Source: Takakia lepidozioides
Taxonomy: Eukaryota; Plantae; Bryophyta
NCBI GenBank assembly: GCA_030704615.1
Contig: CM060732.1
Coordinates: 1,798,001 to 1,862,000 of the forward strand
DNA length: 64,000 nt
Direction: 5' to 3'
This document shows positions 36,057 through 49,569 of the stretch, in pieces. Both the position numbers and the translations under genes were made by a program. Position 1 is the first letter of the stretch. Each line of letters starts with the position of its first letter. A model generated the notes under the pieces. The model was not told the DNA's origin and did not search any database. It saw only the letters and a program-made list of their open reading frames with translations.

Positions 36057-39000
36057 GCAAGAACTGACCAGTGTTCAAACTGGCGTCTGAAGGGAGATCA
36101 AAAGTGATCAGGACAGTCCTCCGTGATGTAGATCGTACTGAAGACAAATCTGTGCTTCCGGCTAACGAGGTGACTTGTGATGCCTATTGAAGGTGGGGGT
36201 GCTGCTACAACACAAAGGGGGAACCAATGACAGTACTGCAAACACAATTGAGCTCAACCCAACAAGACGTTTGACCTGATCTCATGAAAGAAAAGCTATA
36301 GGTGACTTATCATACTCCATTCATGCTAGTCTACCAGAAGATATATACATCCCATTACTCCGGACATAGCACCTGAACGTCACTGCTCAGCGGACCAGAC
36401 TAAAATCAGTCCACACCACATCTCAGCAACAAAAATGTGACACTGCACTTACTAAAAACACACACAATGCAGCAGGAAGCGCAGATTTGTAAATTTGTTG
36501 TAAAGATGGACAGGCTAAGAGCTAACAAGATGCTTTTTCCTGTCAGTAGTCATGATGATCCTGTGCTGTTAGTCTGTCCAAACTTCAACCGCTGTGCCAT
36601 TGTACTACAAGAAAATTACTAAGTTCCAAACAGTGCTATTTTTAGCCTGTCCATCTTTCATCAGGTTGGCTCAGTGTGTCCTCACAGTCTGAATACTCAG
36701 CACCAAGCCGGACATGCAAACATCCATCCGCAGGTTGATCGAATACGAGGAAAAGCAGGATATGGCAAACACTTACTTCTTTCCGCAAGGTCGGGCTCTT
36801 TGTCAAGATTATATCTAAGACGTTGATGAAGCTCTCCAAGGTCGTAAGCTGTGCGCCCATTAACAGCTTCTGAAGAATAGAATGTTCTGAATGTGTACAA
36901 ACATATTGGCGATTTTATGTCAGACCTGAGCAAATATGCCCTAGTAAAATGCAATAATTAGTGTCCCTGATCTTCCAGTTGTTGATGACAGCAACTGCTT
37001 TGAGCTATTGTGATCCAACATTACGAGCAACCATGAAAACGTGCTGATGCAAAGCCTCATTAGGGCATCCTTAATAAACAAATAGGACTGCATCGAGAAA
37101 TATCCAAAAAATGGGATACTCATGCCACACCTCTGTAAGCTAGACAACCAGTGACCCAAAAGATCATATTCAAATGAATTGTGCAAGTAGCACACTCGGT
37201 TGGACGCTTAGTGGAACTTTGTATCGTAGAATGCAGATTGGAAGATTGTAAACCTATACCAGTTACTCAAATGTTCGCATATGAGTGGTGCAATCATACG
37301 AAGTAATGGCAGGTCGGAAATACCTACTTCCTCCGCTTTCTGTTCAAGGAATTGAAAAATGGAAGTGCCAATTGAAACAAAAAACAAACCCAGGAGCGCT
37401 AAACAGAAGTGTAGAACTTCCGACCACGATGGTGTAACAATCTGACCAGCAGAAATAGTAATAAGCTAATGGGTCCGAAAGGCTCCCGTAGACAAAGGGA
37501 CGAAAGTGGAAGTCAAATGTGCGGTGTCGCCGGTAGGCGGCGAAGACTTCCTCTAACGACACAGAAGTAGAGAAACAGCAGCAGCATACATGTCACGGTA
37601 CTAGTAACGAAAGAACAATTCAGGAGCACAAGGCGAAGGATGTGCATTCCCGTGATCCTGAAACACGCATGAGGACAGAGGAGAAGCCCAGACCAACATG
37701 AGCAAGATTTAAAACCAACCCGTTCAGTCAATGATGCGATCAAGTTGCATTATGCCATAGACATTGAGTCATAAAGGAGGACGAAGAGAAACAATTCACA
37801 TTTAGCTCCGCTTGATCCGCCTCCTTGTTTATGTATGCTTGCTTAGTTTCATTCTCTAAATGGCCCTTCATGGCGCAGAAGCATCAGAAAAGGACAAGAA
37901 GTATTACATGAGATGGAAGGAAGGTGAGAAGGGAAGGCCATGCATGCCGTGAGACCCAGGGGGAGTGGCAGGGCTGATGAGCGCAGGCGCCCCAGGTCCC
38001 TGGAGTCCCTTGTTATTCGCCATCCATGCAACCTCTCATCCTTGCTTAGTCTCTCTACCGACCATCATCCTGCTGTCTCTGCTACAACGTTAACGAGCAC
38101 GAAGCGTCTGCAACACGTCACGGAAAATATACTTCGCACCGGTGGAAGTACGCGAAGCAAGGAGAGTCCGGAAAAGCAAGCACCCATTGGCGAGGGGCTC
38201 GCCCGCACTCTCACGTTGTAGCTACCATTCAGTTAAAGATTGGGACACCAAGGGTTGACTACTTGCACACAGGAGTGTTTGCCAGTTTGCCTATTTGCCA
38301 ACTTTTAGCTGGTCGTCATTCTAGGTGGCATGCTTGTGAATTTTCGGAGCAACGCTGACAGCAGAGGGGCAACGCTGACAGCATGCGGGAAAATCAGCAA
38401 AAGCACTGTGGTCTAAATGTTAGAAAGTTTAAAACGCACACCAAGTAGCAATTTGTGGTGGGTCGCCTATTGGTAATAATAATATATGACGCCTGCCGAA
38501 GCGTAAAATTAAGGTGACTAGTGCCTTCCCACGGGAAGGTGGACACCTTTGTGACACCAATCATTGGATTGAACCCACAACCACTTCCAAGGTGGTATGT
38601 GCCCAGTGGGCCTACAACTTGGGTTGTCCGAGATCGGTATAGTATAACTTGTGTAGATGGAAGCCTCCATTACCACACTTACCTAGCTTATTAGGCACTT
38701 CCGTGCCTAATAATTAATAAAAATGGAATATTATTAGGCAGATTCGTTTTTATTATTTAAGCACCTCACCTAGGTAATTTCCAAACATTAGGCATGTATT
38801 ACAGTCGACCCTGGATAATAATGAACAATTCTTTTTTACTCCCTTGCCATCAAGTGGCGAACATTTCCACCATGGTGTGGAAGAGATGCATTGGCCACAT
38901 TAAACGGTTGATGTGATACCATTTCACAAATGTATCACATCGCATTTGTGAAAATGTATCACATGAACCGTTCCATGTGGCCTACGGGAGTCTTCGATGG

Positions 39001-39117
39001 GTACGAGATCAGTATGGCCTATCAGCTTCCACCAACAAACATGTGATCATTTCAGAAGCGCTTGAAATGACGATGGGCAAGGTTCTTCATCAAAATGTTC
39101 AACATGCTGAGGTCTTC

Positions 39118-39391
39118 TGTAATGTCTCTTGCTTCGTAATGAGGTGCTTCTCCAACTTTTATTTTTCCAATGTTGATATTCTTCATTTGGAACATATCCA
39201 CACGTGCGTATATAAATATTTAAAAAATCAAATGACCATCAAAACTGGAAGCTGGGGATGAGGCTTATAAAAGTGGAGATGGTCATTTGCTTATTTAAAT
39301 ATTTCTGCACATGTGTTCCAAGTGGAGAACATCGACATATTGGATAAAGTGGACATGGATAAGCATCGCATTACGAGCAGGAGACATTACA
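39118..39391. repeat. Imperfect foldback (MITE-like) inverted repeat
   Basis: TGTAATGTCTC..CGTAATG..TGCTT pairs with AAGCA..CATTACG..GAGACATTACA; AAATGACCATC pairs with GATGGTCATTT. Centre near 39258. Confidence 0.65.
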
Positions 39392-39419
39392 AAAAAAGCT
39401 TCAAAAGGCATATCATGTA

Positions 39420-42103
39420 ACAAGTCTCGGTCTAATATGAGACGAAACGAAATTCATTCAATGGGCGATTGAATGGTTGCCCATCCAAATGATTTTCGTT
39501 TGTTTTCAATCTTTGTCATTGTGTTCAACATACCATGTATCAGGTCTCGGACTAATATGAGATCAATCGAAATTCATTTGATGGCTCAACGGATGGTTGC
39601 CTATCGAAATGATTTTGGATCGTTTTGAGACTTGGTCAGTATGTTCAATGTATCATTTAAGAGGTCCCAGAATAATATGAGACGAAATGAAATTCGTTCG
39701 ATGGCCCAACGGATGTTTGCCCATCCAAATGGTTTTCGTTCGCTTCGAGACTTGGTCAGCATGTTCATCGTACCATCTGACAGGCCCAAGAGTAATATGA
39801 GATCAATCGAAATTCGTTCGATGGGCCAATGAGGCGTTCACTTGTCATCCAGTTTTTGTTCATTGCGAAAAAGAAATCCAGCAATGCGTGCATTCAAGAA
39901 TTTAATTGAATTTAAATGAATTTTAAGCCAATAAATAGGTTTGCACTGCCTTTGATTGGGGGTTTCTGCCACGTATCGATTTTGTTTTTGGCTCAATTTT
40001 GTTCTTCGGCTTCAAGCATCCCACCGCTACTCCCCCGCCAAAATTTCGACCAATAAAAAATGTCCAAAAAAAAAATATTCTCTTCGCTCACTATTGCATA
40101 ACTCTTTATGAAGAGTGCATGAAGTAGAATACAAATCAAGTTTGGAGTGCAAAACATAGAAGAAACTGCGGTTCTGGGCCCAAACAAATTTGTTTTGCTC
40201 CCAAATTTGGCACGCACGTTGTATATGGAGTCATTACACATACGATTCAGAAACAGAATGAAAAAAAAATCATGAGCACACGAAACGCAGTCCAACGGGT
40301 CCCAGAGTTATAGAATATCCAACGGAATTTATTCAACGGGTGAACGGATGGTTGCCCATCCAAATCATTTTTGTTTGCTTTCAAAACTTGCCAGTACGTT
40401 CGGGACACCCTCTCACAAGTCCCGAACTAATATGAGATCAATCGAAATTCATTCGATGGCTCAACAGATGGTTACCCATCGAAATGATTTTGGATCGTTT
40501 TGAGACTTGGTCAGTATGTTCAATGTATCATTTAAGAGGTCCCAGAGTAATATGAGACGAAACAAAATTCGTCGATGGCCCAACGGATGGTTGCCCATCC
40601 AAATGGTTTTTGTTCGCTTCGAGACTTGACCAGCATGTTCATCGTACCATCTGACAGGCCCCAGAGTAATATGAGATCAATCGAAATTCGTTCGATGGGC
40701 CAATGAGGCGTTCACTTGTCATCCAGTTTTTGTTCATTGCGAAAAAGAAATCCAGCAATGCGTGCACCGCTATTGCACCCATTGAACGGATGTAGTTGAA
40801 GCCCATCTTTTGCCCGCATGTGCTTGAACATGTGTGCGACACATGTTACGGCGTGTTAGTAAACCCGGTTTAAGAATGTATTCCAATCACCAAGAAATTC
40901 CTAGAGTTTTAGGTGGAATGGGGATTGTAATTCTTTCCACTTCTCAGGGAATTATGACGGATCGGGAAGCGCGACAAAAACGAATTGGAGGAGAAATATT
41001 ACGTTACGTATGGTAATTTATTTACATCTCGTTTGAATAATTTCGCATAGGGGAATCTTTGTAAATGAAAGAAGCTAGCTAGTACTATATTTATCGACGT
41101 TAGTTAATCAAAAATGAGATTCTCCCCCTAATGAAGAAGCAGAATTTGATTGATATGGAAGGTGTAATTACTGAATCACCTCCTAATGCCACGTTTCGGG
41201 TTTGTTTAGACACAACAAAAGAATAAATCATTTGCCTCCCCATCGACGCACTCACCCCTCAAGCCATTCGAGAATTTAAATGAATTTTAAACCAATAAAT
41301 AGGTTTGCACTGCCTTTGATTGGGGGTTTCTGCCACGTATCAATCTTTTTTTTGGCTCAATTTTGTTCTACGGCTTCAAGCATCCCACCGCTACTCCCCC
41401 ATCAAAATTTCGACTAATAAAAAATGTCCAAAAGAAAAAATGTTCTCTTCGCTCACTATTGCAGAAATCTCTATGAAGAGTGCATAAAGTAGAACACAAA
41501 TCAAGTTTGGAGTGCAAAACAGAGAATAAACTGTGGTTATGGGCCCAAACAAATTTTGTTCGCTCCCAAATTTGGCACACGCGTTGCATATGGAGTCATT
41601 ACACATATCATTCAAAAATAGAATGAAAAAAAAGTCATGACCACGCGAAACGCAGTCCAACAGGTCCCAAAGTAATAGCAGATCCAACGGAATTCATTCA
41701 ACGGGTGAACGGCTGGTTGCCCATCCAAATCATTTTTGTTTGCTTTCAAACCTTGCCAGTATGTTCGGAACACCCTCTCACAGGTCTTGGACTAATATGA
41801 GATCAATCGAAATTCATTCGATGGCTCAACGGATGGTTGCCCATCGAAATGATTTTGGATCGCTTTGAGACTTGGCCAGTATGTTCAATGTACCATCTAA
41901 GAGGTCCCAGAGTAATATGAGATCAATCAAAATTTGTACAAAAGGGCAACGGATGGTTGCCCATCTAAGTGGATTTCGTTCGCTTCGAGACTTGGCGAGT
42001 ATATTCAACGTATCATCTGACAAGTCCCAGAGTAATATGAGATCAATCAAAATTATTTTGTGCTTTGAGAACTTTGTGGGTATGTTCGTCATACGTAGAA
42101 AGA
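39420..42103. repeat. ~120-bp tandem repeat array with larger segmental duplication
   Basis: TAATATGAGA(TCAAT/CGAAA)CGAAATTC at 39433, 39553, 39673, 39793, 40428, 40548, 40667, 41793, 41913 and 42033, interrupted twice by the same AT-rich block. Confidence 0.9.
40846..41211 (+). pseudogene. rps8: Nuclear plastid DNA insertion (NUPT): 3' part of rps8, spacer, 5' part of infA
   Basis: [56 protein letters not shown] (stop at 41016), then [27 protein letters not shown] (41131-41211). This is the plastid rps8-infA order and both genes are truncated. Confidence 0.92.
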
Positions 42104-42740
42104 TGTCGTGCACCTCACTTCGGTAAGCTCCCCTTCAAGTCATAGTTACTCGCTTTGATGTGCGCGCCTAACTCCCAAACTGGCCGCCAGACCAACTCGG
42201 AGCTTCGGCTGCTCACCGGGACATAACGGTCCCCCTTTACTCCTCCACAAGTCCCTCTCTCAATTTGGGCCTAGTGGAAATTCCATTTGATTGTAGGCAG
42301 TCCGGAACAGCTCCCCACACCTTGGTCGCTTTCCGGCTCGCACGTTTACTCACTAGTTTTTGGTCACCAACGGGCTTGCACCGTTCTCGGGGTTACTATT
42401 CCCTATATATACTTCTATGATTGTCCGCGGGGGTTTCACAAACAACCCAGTCATTTTATGGCGAACCACCACGAAGACCCTCCATTCCCGGTGATGAGTC
42501 ACAGTGAGTCTTGGCCCACCCACCACGGCCCCATTGGACCGTGATAAGTCCCAAGACTCCCCACGACTCCCACCACAAGGTCTCCGCCCCATGGTGAGTC
42601 ATATGCCACCCCCACTAAGACCCACTAAGCTACCACCACCCCTCGTGGAACCACCCCCACCGCAACCCGGTGTGCGGGGCTTCACCTAGTAAGCGCCTCC
42701 ACCTCCTTGAGTGCCTTGGGCACTCAAGGGTGCTTCAGCA
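42104..42740 (-). repeat. 3' LTR (missing its first ~90 bp)
   Basis: Matches 55746-56219 and the reverse complement of 1610-2232. Joined directly to integrase at WESVSM. Confidence 0.9.
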
Positions 42741-43897
42741 TCGAAACACTTTCCCAAGACCCCTCTGGAATCGGCAAGGGTTGTAACAGCCCCGCTTGCT
42801 TTTTGTATTTGTTCCGGTTTTGTTGGCATGTGGTGCATGTCTTGACATACTCCTCGGCCTCCTCCCTCAGTTTGGGCCAGAAATACTCTTTCTTCAAGAG
42901 TGCCGTGGTGCGCTTGGCTCCGCCGTGGCCCGCAAGCGGGCCATCGTGGCATTCCCTCAAGAGACTATCTCTGATCCCCCCCTTCGGCACGTAGAGGCGC
43001 TTTTGCTTGTACCAGAGCAGTCCATTGTGCAAGTGGAATTGCGATTTAACCCCCATCCTCAAATCCCGCATCACGGACTTCGTCATCTCATCCTTACGGT
43101 AAGCCTTTCGGATCTTCCTTTGGAGCGCCGTCTCGCCCTTGTACACCAACATGAGCTGCTGTTTTCTACTTAAAGCATCGGCCACCATATTGTCTCGTCC
43201 CGGTTTGTACTGGATATCCACGTCAAACACTGCCAAAGTGCCTTGCCACCTAAGTTGTTTTGGGACAACTTAGGATGCGTGGCAAAATACTTCACCGTGA
43301 CATTGTCCGTGAACACCTTTACCGGGTTGGAACCAACATAGTGGCACCAAAGCTCAAGGCAATGCACCACCGCCTTCATTTCTTTCTCGTGCGTAGGCCA
43401 CCGTCGCTCCACTTCATTCAGTTTCTTACTTTCGTAAGCCACTGGACGTCCATCCTGCATGAGCACACCCCCAATTGCGAAGTCCGACGCATCTGTATGA
43501 ATCTCAAATGGACGGTCGAACTCCGGGATTTTCAGGACTGGAGCTTCCGCCATCCGCTGCTTCAACTTGGCAAAGGCTTGGCCACAAAAGGTGTTTCATA
43601 CCCATACCTTGGACTTACACAGAAGGTCTGACAGCGGCCCCGCGATCTTGGCAAAATTTCTCACATACTTTCGGTAATAGGATGCGAGTCCTAGGAAGGA
43701 TCGCACTCCCGGGACCGAAGTCGGAGGCTCCCAGTCCAAGATCTCCCTCACTTTTCTGTCATCCATTTTGATCCCATCCTGTGTAATCACATGCCCTAGG
43801 AACTCCACTTTTGTGACCCCAAATTCGCACTTTGAAGCTTTGGCGTACAGCTTCCCTTCCCGCAATTTCTGGAACACCTTTTTGAGGTGCTCCAAGT
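42741..43897 (-). pseudogene. Gypsy pol: RT C-terminus, RNase H and integrase zinc-binding domain
   Basis: KCEFGVTKVEFLGH, VRSFLGLASYYRKY, IHTDASDFAIGGVL, YKPGRDNMVADALSR and HDGPLAGH..CTTCQ, with stops and frameshifts. Confidence 0.92.
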
Positions 43898-44189
43898 CCT
43901 GGGGGGTGCACTCTTTCTAAACTGTGCGTATCGCGTGCGTTCGTCGCCTAATAAAAGAACCCCCTGTATACGGGTCCTTGGATAATTTATACCCCCTCTG
44001 TACATATTTTTTGAAGATTATAAAACCCCCTCCTGTAAATATACAAAAATTTACAATTTTTAAAAAGTACCCCCTTCTATATGTATATTCTCATTTTCCA
44101 TCATTAAAAATAACCCTCCAATATGTATATGTATGTTTTTATATTATATCGAATTTATTCATTTAAAACGTAATAAAATATAACAAATT

Positions 44190-47100
44190 AATTAAAAAAA
44201 AATTTGCCTTTGATAAAGTTGTCAAAGACTTTTCGGTCATTTGCATCAAGTATATATGTGTTTGACTTGACATTGTACTTTAAACATGCTAACGCGATAA
44301 TGGAATCCAAATCAACCATCATGTTATCCGTCAAATCGTACGTATAGACCCCTCCTCGAAATTTTTTGGTACCATGCTAACCCAATCTCCATATGAGAAG
44401 GACGCTCCAATAAATCAACAGAATCCCTACATTCTACAAACCGCTTATTGATTTTCTTCCGCATTCTTTGAACCCTGCCCAAATACCAAGTGCCTTTGGT
44501 TGCTCCTCTGCAGGTTTTCCCTGGTCTGCCTTTCCTGTTTGTAGTTTGGATCGCAGTCTCCTCATCAACAAAAAATACAGCACAATCCGAACCCAATCCC
44601 AAGCTCGTGGCTTTGTTGCTGGTAGTTGGTTTGTTTTCTTGGCAAAACAACATCGATGCACTTCTTACTCGTGTCAATCTATCCTTGGATAGAGTAGGGT
44701 TGCCATTGAGTTGGCTAACCAAAGTGCTTTTGAATATGGTCTTCCCGTCTACTTTGACAAATGGAACCACCGCCTTCGGTCCATCTTTCTCTTGTTCAAA
44801 CTCATCAATAACAGCATCTAGAGTATGTCTCAATTCACTCTGAATAAGTACCTCTTCCGCATGATCATCCAAAGGTTGGCTCAAAACATCCTCCATTGAA
44901 TTCGAAGGCCCGCACACCAATTCATCTTCCACAACCTCATTTTGAATATGTGTCATTTGTCTCTCAATTGTCCATGGCTCATTCCACCAATCCAAGTTTG
45001 TCGTTTTGTTTGGTTTCATCCCAAGTTTATGGCATAAAAGTGGCGCTTCTAGAAATCCAGTTTTCAAAGCCTCCACAATGCAATCATCCGATTGGACAGT
45101 AGAAAAGTCGGACAAATCAGCAAGGGGGATACCTGGCTTCTTCTCCAAAAAAAACCAAATGTGTTCTTGTTTCTTGTGAGCTCTTGAGAACTTGGGTCCT
45201 TTTGGATTCACCTCGAACTCGGATATGCGTGTTAATGCTCCCGCACTCTCAATCAAATCACACCCGTCATATGTCCTCTCATTCCGTAACATACCTCCCA
45301 CTTTGCTGAAGAATATTTCACACACATCTGAACCAACAAGGCTCAAAGAAACTTGCACATGATTAAACTTATCCTTGAACAATTTGATAAGTAGAACCAC
45401 GTAGTGGCATGAAATTTGTAAATCCAAGTATGCTTCCCTGCTAATGAAGAAGGATTTCAGATTATACACCTCGTGGTGGAATAACCACAACTTCCACAAT
45501 CTGAAAAAAAACGATACCTTCGCAGCAGATTGTACCCTCTCACACAATGACATGTGAGGAGACAAAAAAATGTCGATGTAGCATGAAATGATGTATAGGT
45601 AAATTTCAGTACCTTTGGTCGTCTCCCTTCGATGATTCACAGTTGATTGTAACTCCCTCAAACAAGCTTGCACCTTCCGAGATGCCAGTCGTTGAGCTGC
45701 TGCCCAATTCTGTCGATCTTCTCTTTTGATATCACATTCCCGAAGTCCATGCTTGTCCACTGAAAATGAATGGTAGACCAATAACACATGATTCAATGTA
45801 GCAACCTCATCACCCAACACCAAAGTCCGTGATGCACTGTCCAAGGGATTTTTTCCCATTGTGGATGAAGTCCTGATCATGGAGTCCGTATATATCTCCC
45901 CCGTTGCACACTCGACCTGTAAACAACCATCCTTCCCAAGGGATGCAAAATCTACTTCCAGCCCCATTGGCATAATCTTCTAACATCACTTTTCTCCTCC
46001 TACTATCTCCGTCTGAAGCATGCCCAATTATAGGCCCAATCACGTCCCTCACATATTTGTCCCACAACTGTCTCACCACTTCCCATTGTGATCTCACAAA
46101 ATTGTTGTCAAATCTATTGCAAGTGAGCTGGATTACCAATACCAATCGAGGTAATCGTACATGTAGAGGATTTGCTATCAACACTCTGGCGTAATGGGCA
46201 ACCACATTGTTTTTGAATGCCTCCACAATATGTTCGTACCCTGATTCCCCTTCTCCCACTTGCACCACAAAATTTGAAATACATACATGGTTGTCTTGAA
46301 GCCCACAGAACCCGAGAAGGGTGTCATCCCTAGCAATCCAACGTACCAATCGCTTCACAACAGTTTCATCTTCGGCCACCATCACTGGGATGCTTCCCAT
46401 TGGAATATTTGCATCTTCCATCACATCTCTGTAAATTCCAGCCACATGCTGAAATATATCATCCTTTCTCCCGCTCTGTACTTCAAACCTTTCCTCAAAG
46501 ACCGTCTTGTAGTATCAATAGAAGGACCCCCCACATTTGAAGCCAAAAAATGATGCAATTTCGGACCCCCCCAAAGCTGCACATCTCAAACATTGTTTTG
46601 TGCTAGTACCATACCTCTTCCCTTGTGGAGACCTGTCAATATTCTTGCCCATATCAACAAGAAAATCCCACAAACTTTCTTTTCCTTCAAAACCCCCCCT
46701 CCTATGTGCATCAACAATATCACGACAAAATTTGAGAACATCTCCTCTTTCAATTGCCTCAATCCCAGACTCCTTCAAACTCCTACATCGCACAGACAAG
46801 GATGCCACTTTGGTCCTGGCCTCCCACAATTTGAACCTCAACTGTCTCAACTCCTGTCTGTTTTTGTAAACTTGTTTGACAATCTCGGCATTTCCAAGAT
46901 ATGACAACCTTCTTCCCTTGCCAGTATCTCTCTCCCCTCTACATTCCATGGCACCTCTTTCTCTATATACCCTCATTCTGAAGTCATTTTCCAAGGGAAT
47001 GGAAGAACATGCTGAACATCTCAAGTTTGGAAATGGCTCCCCATCCAATGACACTCTAAAACAATCCGCGTGCCGAAACGTACCAACAACCTTATGCTCT

Positions 47101-48516
47101 TGATTGGTTAGAGTGATGGTTGCATTTGTCAACGGCTCGACATACCACTTCTTTCCTCCCTTGCTATCTTGAAGGAATGGTTTCAGACTTATTCTCTGCT
47201 GGTTGTACTCCCACCATTCATCCCATAGGCCCCAACACAAACTGTCTCTTCCTTTGTTGCATTGGGACCTTTGCTGTAATTTTCAATCCTGATCAGATCT
47301 GCCCGTTGGGCAGCGTCAACACAAGTGTATGGAGTTTGTGACGAGGATGCTCCCATTGTTGATGCCACAATTGGATTGTCAAGTGGTGGGGACGGCAACA
47401 CAGGTTGACTGACCAAGAAAGAGCTTAGATCCCGTTGCTTTACATCTTTGGCAATCATAGGCTTTGGAGGCCTTCCTCTCTTTTTGCACAGTCCGTCACT
47501 ACTTCCAACCTTCTGGCAAATCTCTGCATCGACATGAGTTTTTCCTTTCACATGCTCTGTCAAAGAAGATTGCAAAGAACCTGTCCTTGGAAACAAGAGT
47601 AGCCACTTTGAATCAAGTGGGCACCTAATCCTTATGGAACCCAACTGCGAATAGTCTCCAATTGTGGCTTCCACAATCTCAAATCTGTTTCCAGGATTGT
47701 CCTCACAAAACCGAGCGACTTCCTCTAATGCCTCCTTCACCCTGTTCTTCTTTGCATCTAATGCTTCATCTGCATTTACAGGGCTGATGACACATTGTGA
47801 TGAACCCTTCCCATGACGCCTCTCATAGGTTATGCGATGCCCCTCACTCCTCAAATGAGACATAAAGTTTGCACATGCATCATATGGTTTGTTTTTCCCA
47901 GACCGTGCATAAACATCCTCACACTCAACACACCATATGTGGAACATTGCTTGTCTTGTTGATCCTTTGTCATCAGCTCAAACTTGTCACATCGTCCTTC
48001 TGCAGAGATTTTCCTTTCAACGGCTCTAATCTCTTTCTGCCATTTTTGAATATCGTTGGATGTAGCCAACGTGCTGCACAATCTACCAGATCTCTGCTGA
48101 AGTGCATGCTCATGTGCATGGTCTTCATTTCCACCATCGCCAGCAAATGGTGTATCAGGGTCCATCCTCATCTTGGTAGACACTGGTGCTGGGTCCTCGC
48201 CTGGTCTGTCCTCATGCAAGATCGTAGAACCACTGGAAGATAGAGGTCTTTTCAATCCTTGGTCCCCATCATTTTGGTCTGAAATCTTAATGTGTACAGT
48301 ATCCCCTTTCAGAACCATCCTCTCTTCTTGCTTGGCTGAAAGGACACTACCCCCCATGGAAAGGAAATGAAATTTTGCTGAGACAAGCTCATCACCTATA
48401 ATTTTTGCTTGGATGCATTTGTATGTGACACCTTGCATAGTGAACACAGAACCAAGCCTGTTTGGTGATGCATCTCCTCCAACGAGCAGGACTTTTACTT
48501 CCAACTCTTCTTCCAT
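44190..48516 (-). pseudogene. Large DDE transposase, P-superfamily-like, with several frameshifts
   Basis: Consecutive ORFs 48516-47851, 47947-47189, 47240-46515, 46445-45810 and 45973-44324, with a shifted tail to ~44190. Motifs AEDET, HASDGD, DFIHNGKK (DxxH), DRQNWAAAQRL and GSDVCEIFFSKVG, plus N-terminal zinc fingers and an RGRP AT-hook. Confidence 0.8.
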
Positions 48517-49569
48517 GATGAGTTCACCTGCAAAATGCAATGAAAACATTTCAAATCAGACCTTGATAGACCAATAACAAAGCACCCGGGTTGGAAGGTT
48601 CCAAAGTCCTGTTTTATACAACCCTATAGGCTGTCCAAGCAGGGACTACGTTGATAAGAGGATGAAATGTATACAGAAGCAAGTACCTGATTGATGAGTT
48701 TGACGTTGCTAATTCTTGCTGCTGCTATTGACCAAATGTTGCTACTTCCACTGCTGGTAGCCCTCTTGGGTGATCCTGAACCCACAGTCCATCCTTGCAT
48801 TAGCGGCTAGCCCTCCCTCCACACTAACATATTTAAATACAAAGTTCTGTCAAACTCCCTACGATGTTGCATGAAGAAAGCTCACCTTGTTGACAATATT
48901 GTCCCACCGTTGTGGATCATATTTATAGAGCTCCTGCCAGCACTGTTCCTTGCTCCAAATCTGGCCCTCTTGGATGATTTTGCACCCACGATCCTCTCCC
49001 TACATCAACAGCTACCCCTCCCTCCACACTAACAATGCGTACATCATGCCTCTGCAGCTGCTACAGTGGCTTCCAGTTGACCATCTACCCATGCAGGTTT
49101 CTTGTAGCTATCCTTCCACATGGAGTCATAGGTAATCTAGAGCTTGGAATCCGGCCATCTGGAAATTTAGGGACGACTCTGATAACAGGGAAAAACAGGC
49201 TGAAATGTGTTGAAGAATGTACCTTCATTAGCAGTCCCTTGTTCTATCAATTGCATTGTTGCCGCTGCTATTTCCAGTTGACCATCTACTCACATTGTCC
49301 CACCACTGACTGGGGTCAGAGAAGTATTCATTCCTTGAAAGCTTCTCTCCATCTGTGTTATCTTTTTTTAGGTACTGTCATGCTGTCACCTTGGCAGTAA
49401 CTTGCAAAGTCACTCCAAAGCACCGCAGATCCACCCAACGAGCTAACTTACAGAATTCAATACATATGCTTCAGGGCTGAGTCTGATGAGAGGAAAAACA
49501 GGCTGAAACGGGTCAAACTAGAAGGTGGCCTCAGGCTGAAATGTGTTGAAGAAGGTACCTTCATCAGAT

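Noticed and set aside
40834-41016. Functional nuclear rps8 gene
   Set aside because: Only the C-terminal ~56 codons are present, with no targeting peptide, embedded in a satellite next to a truncated infA.
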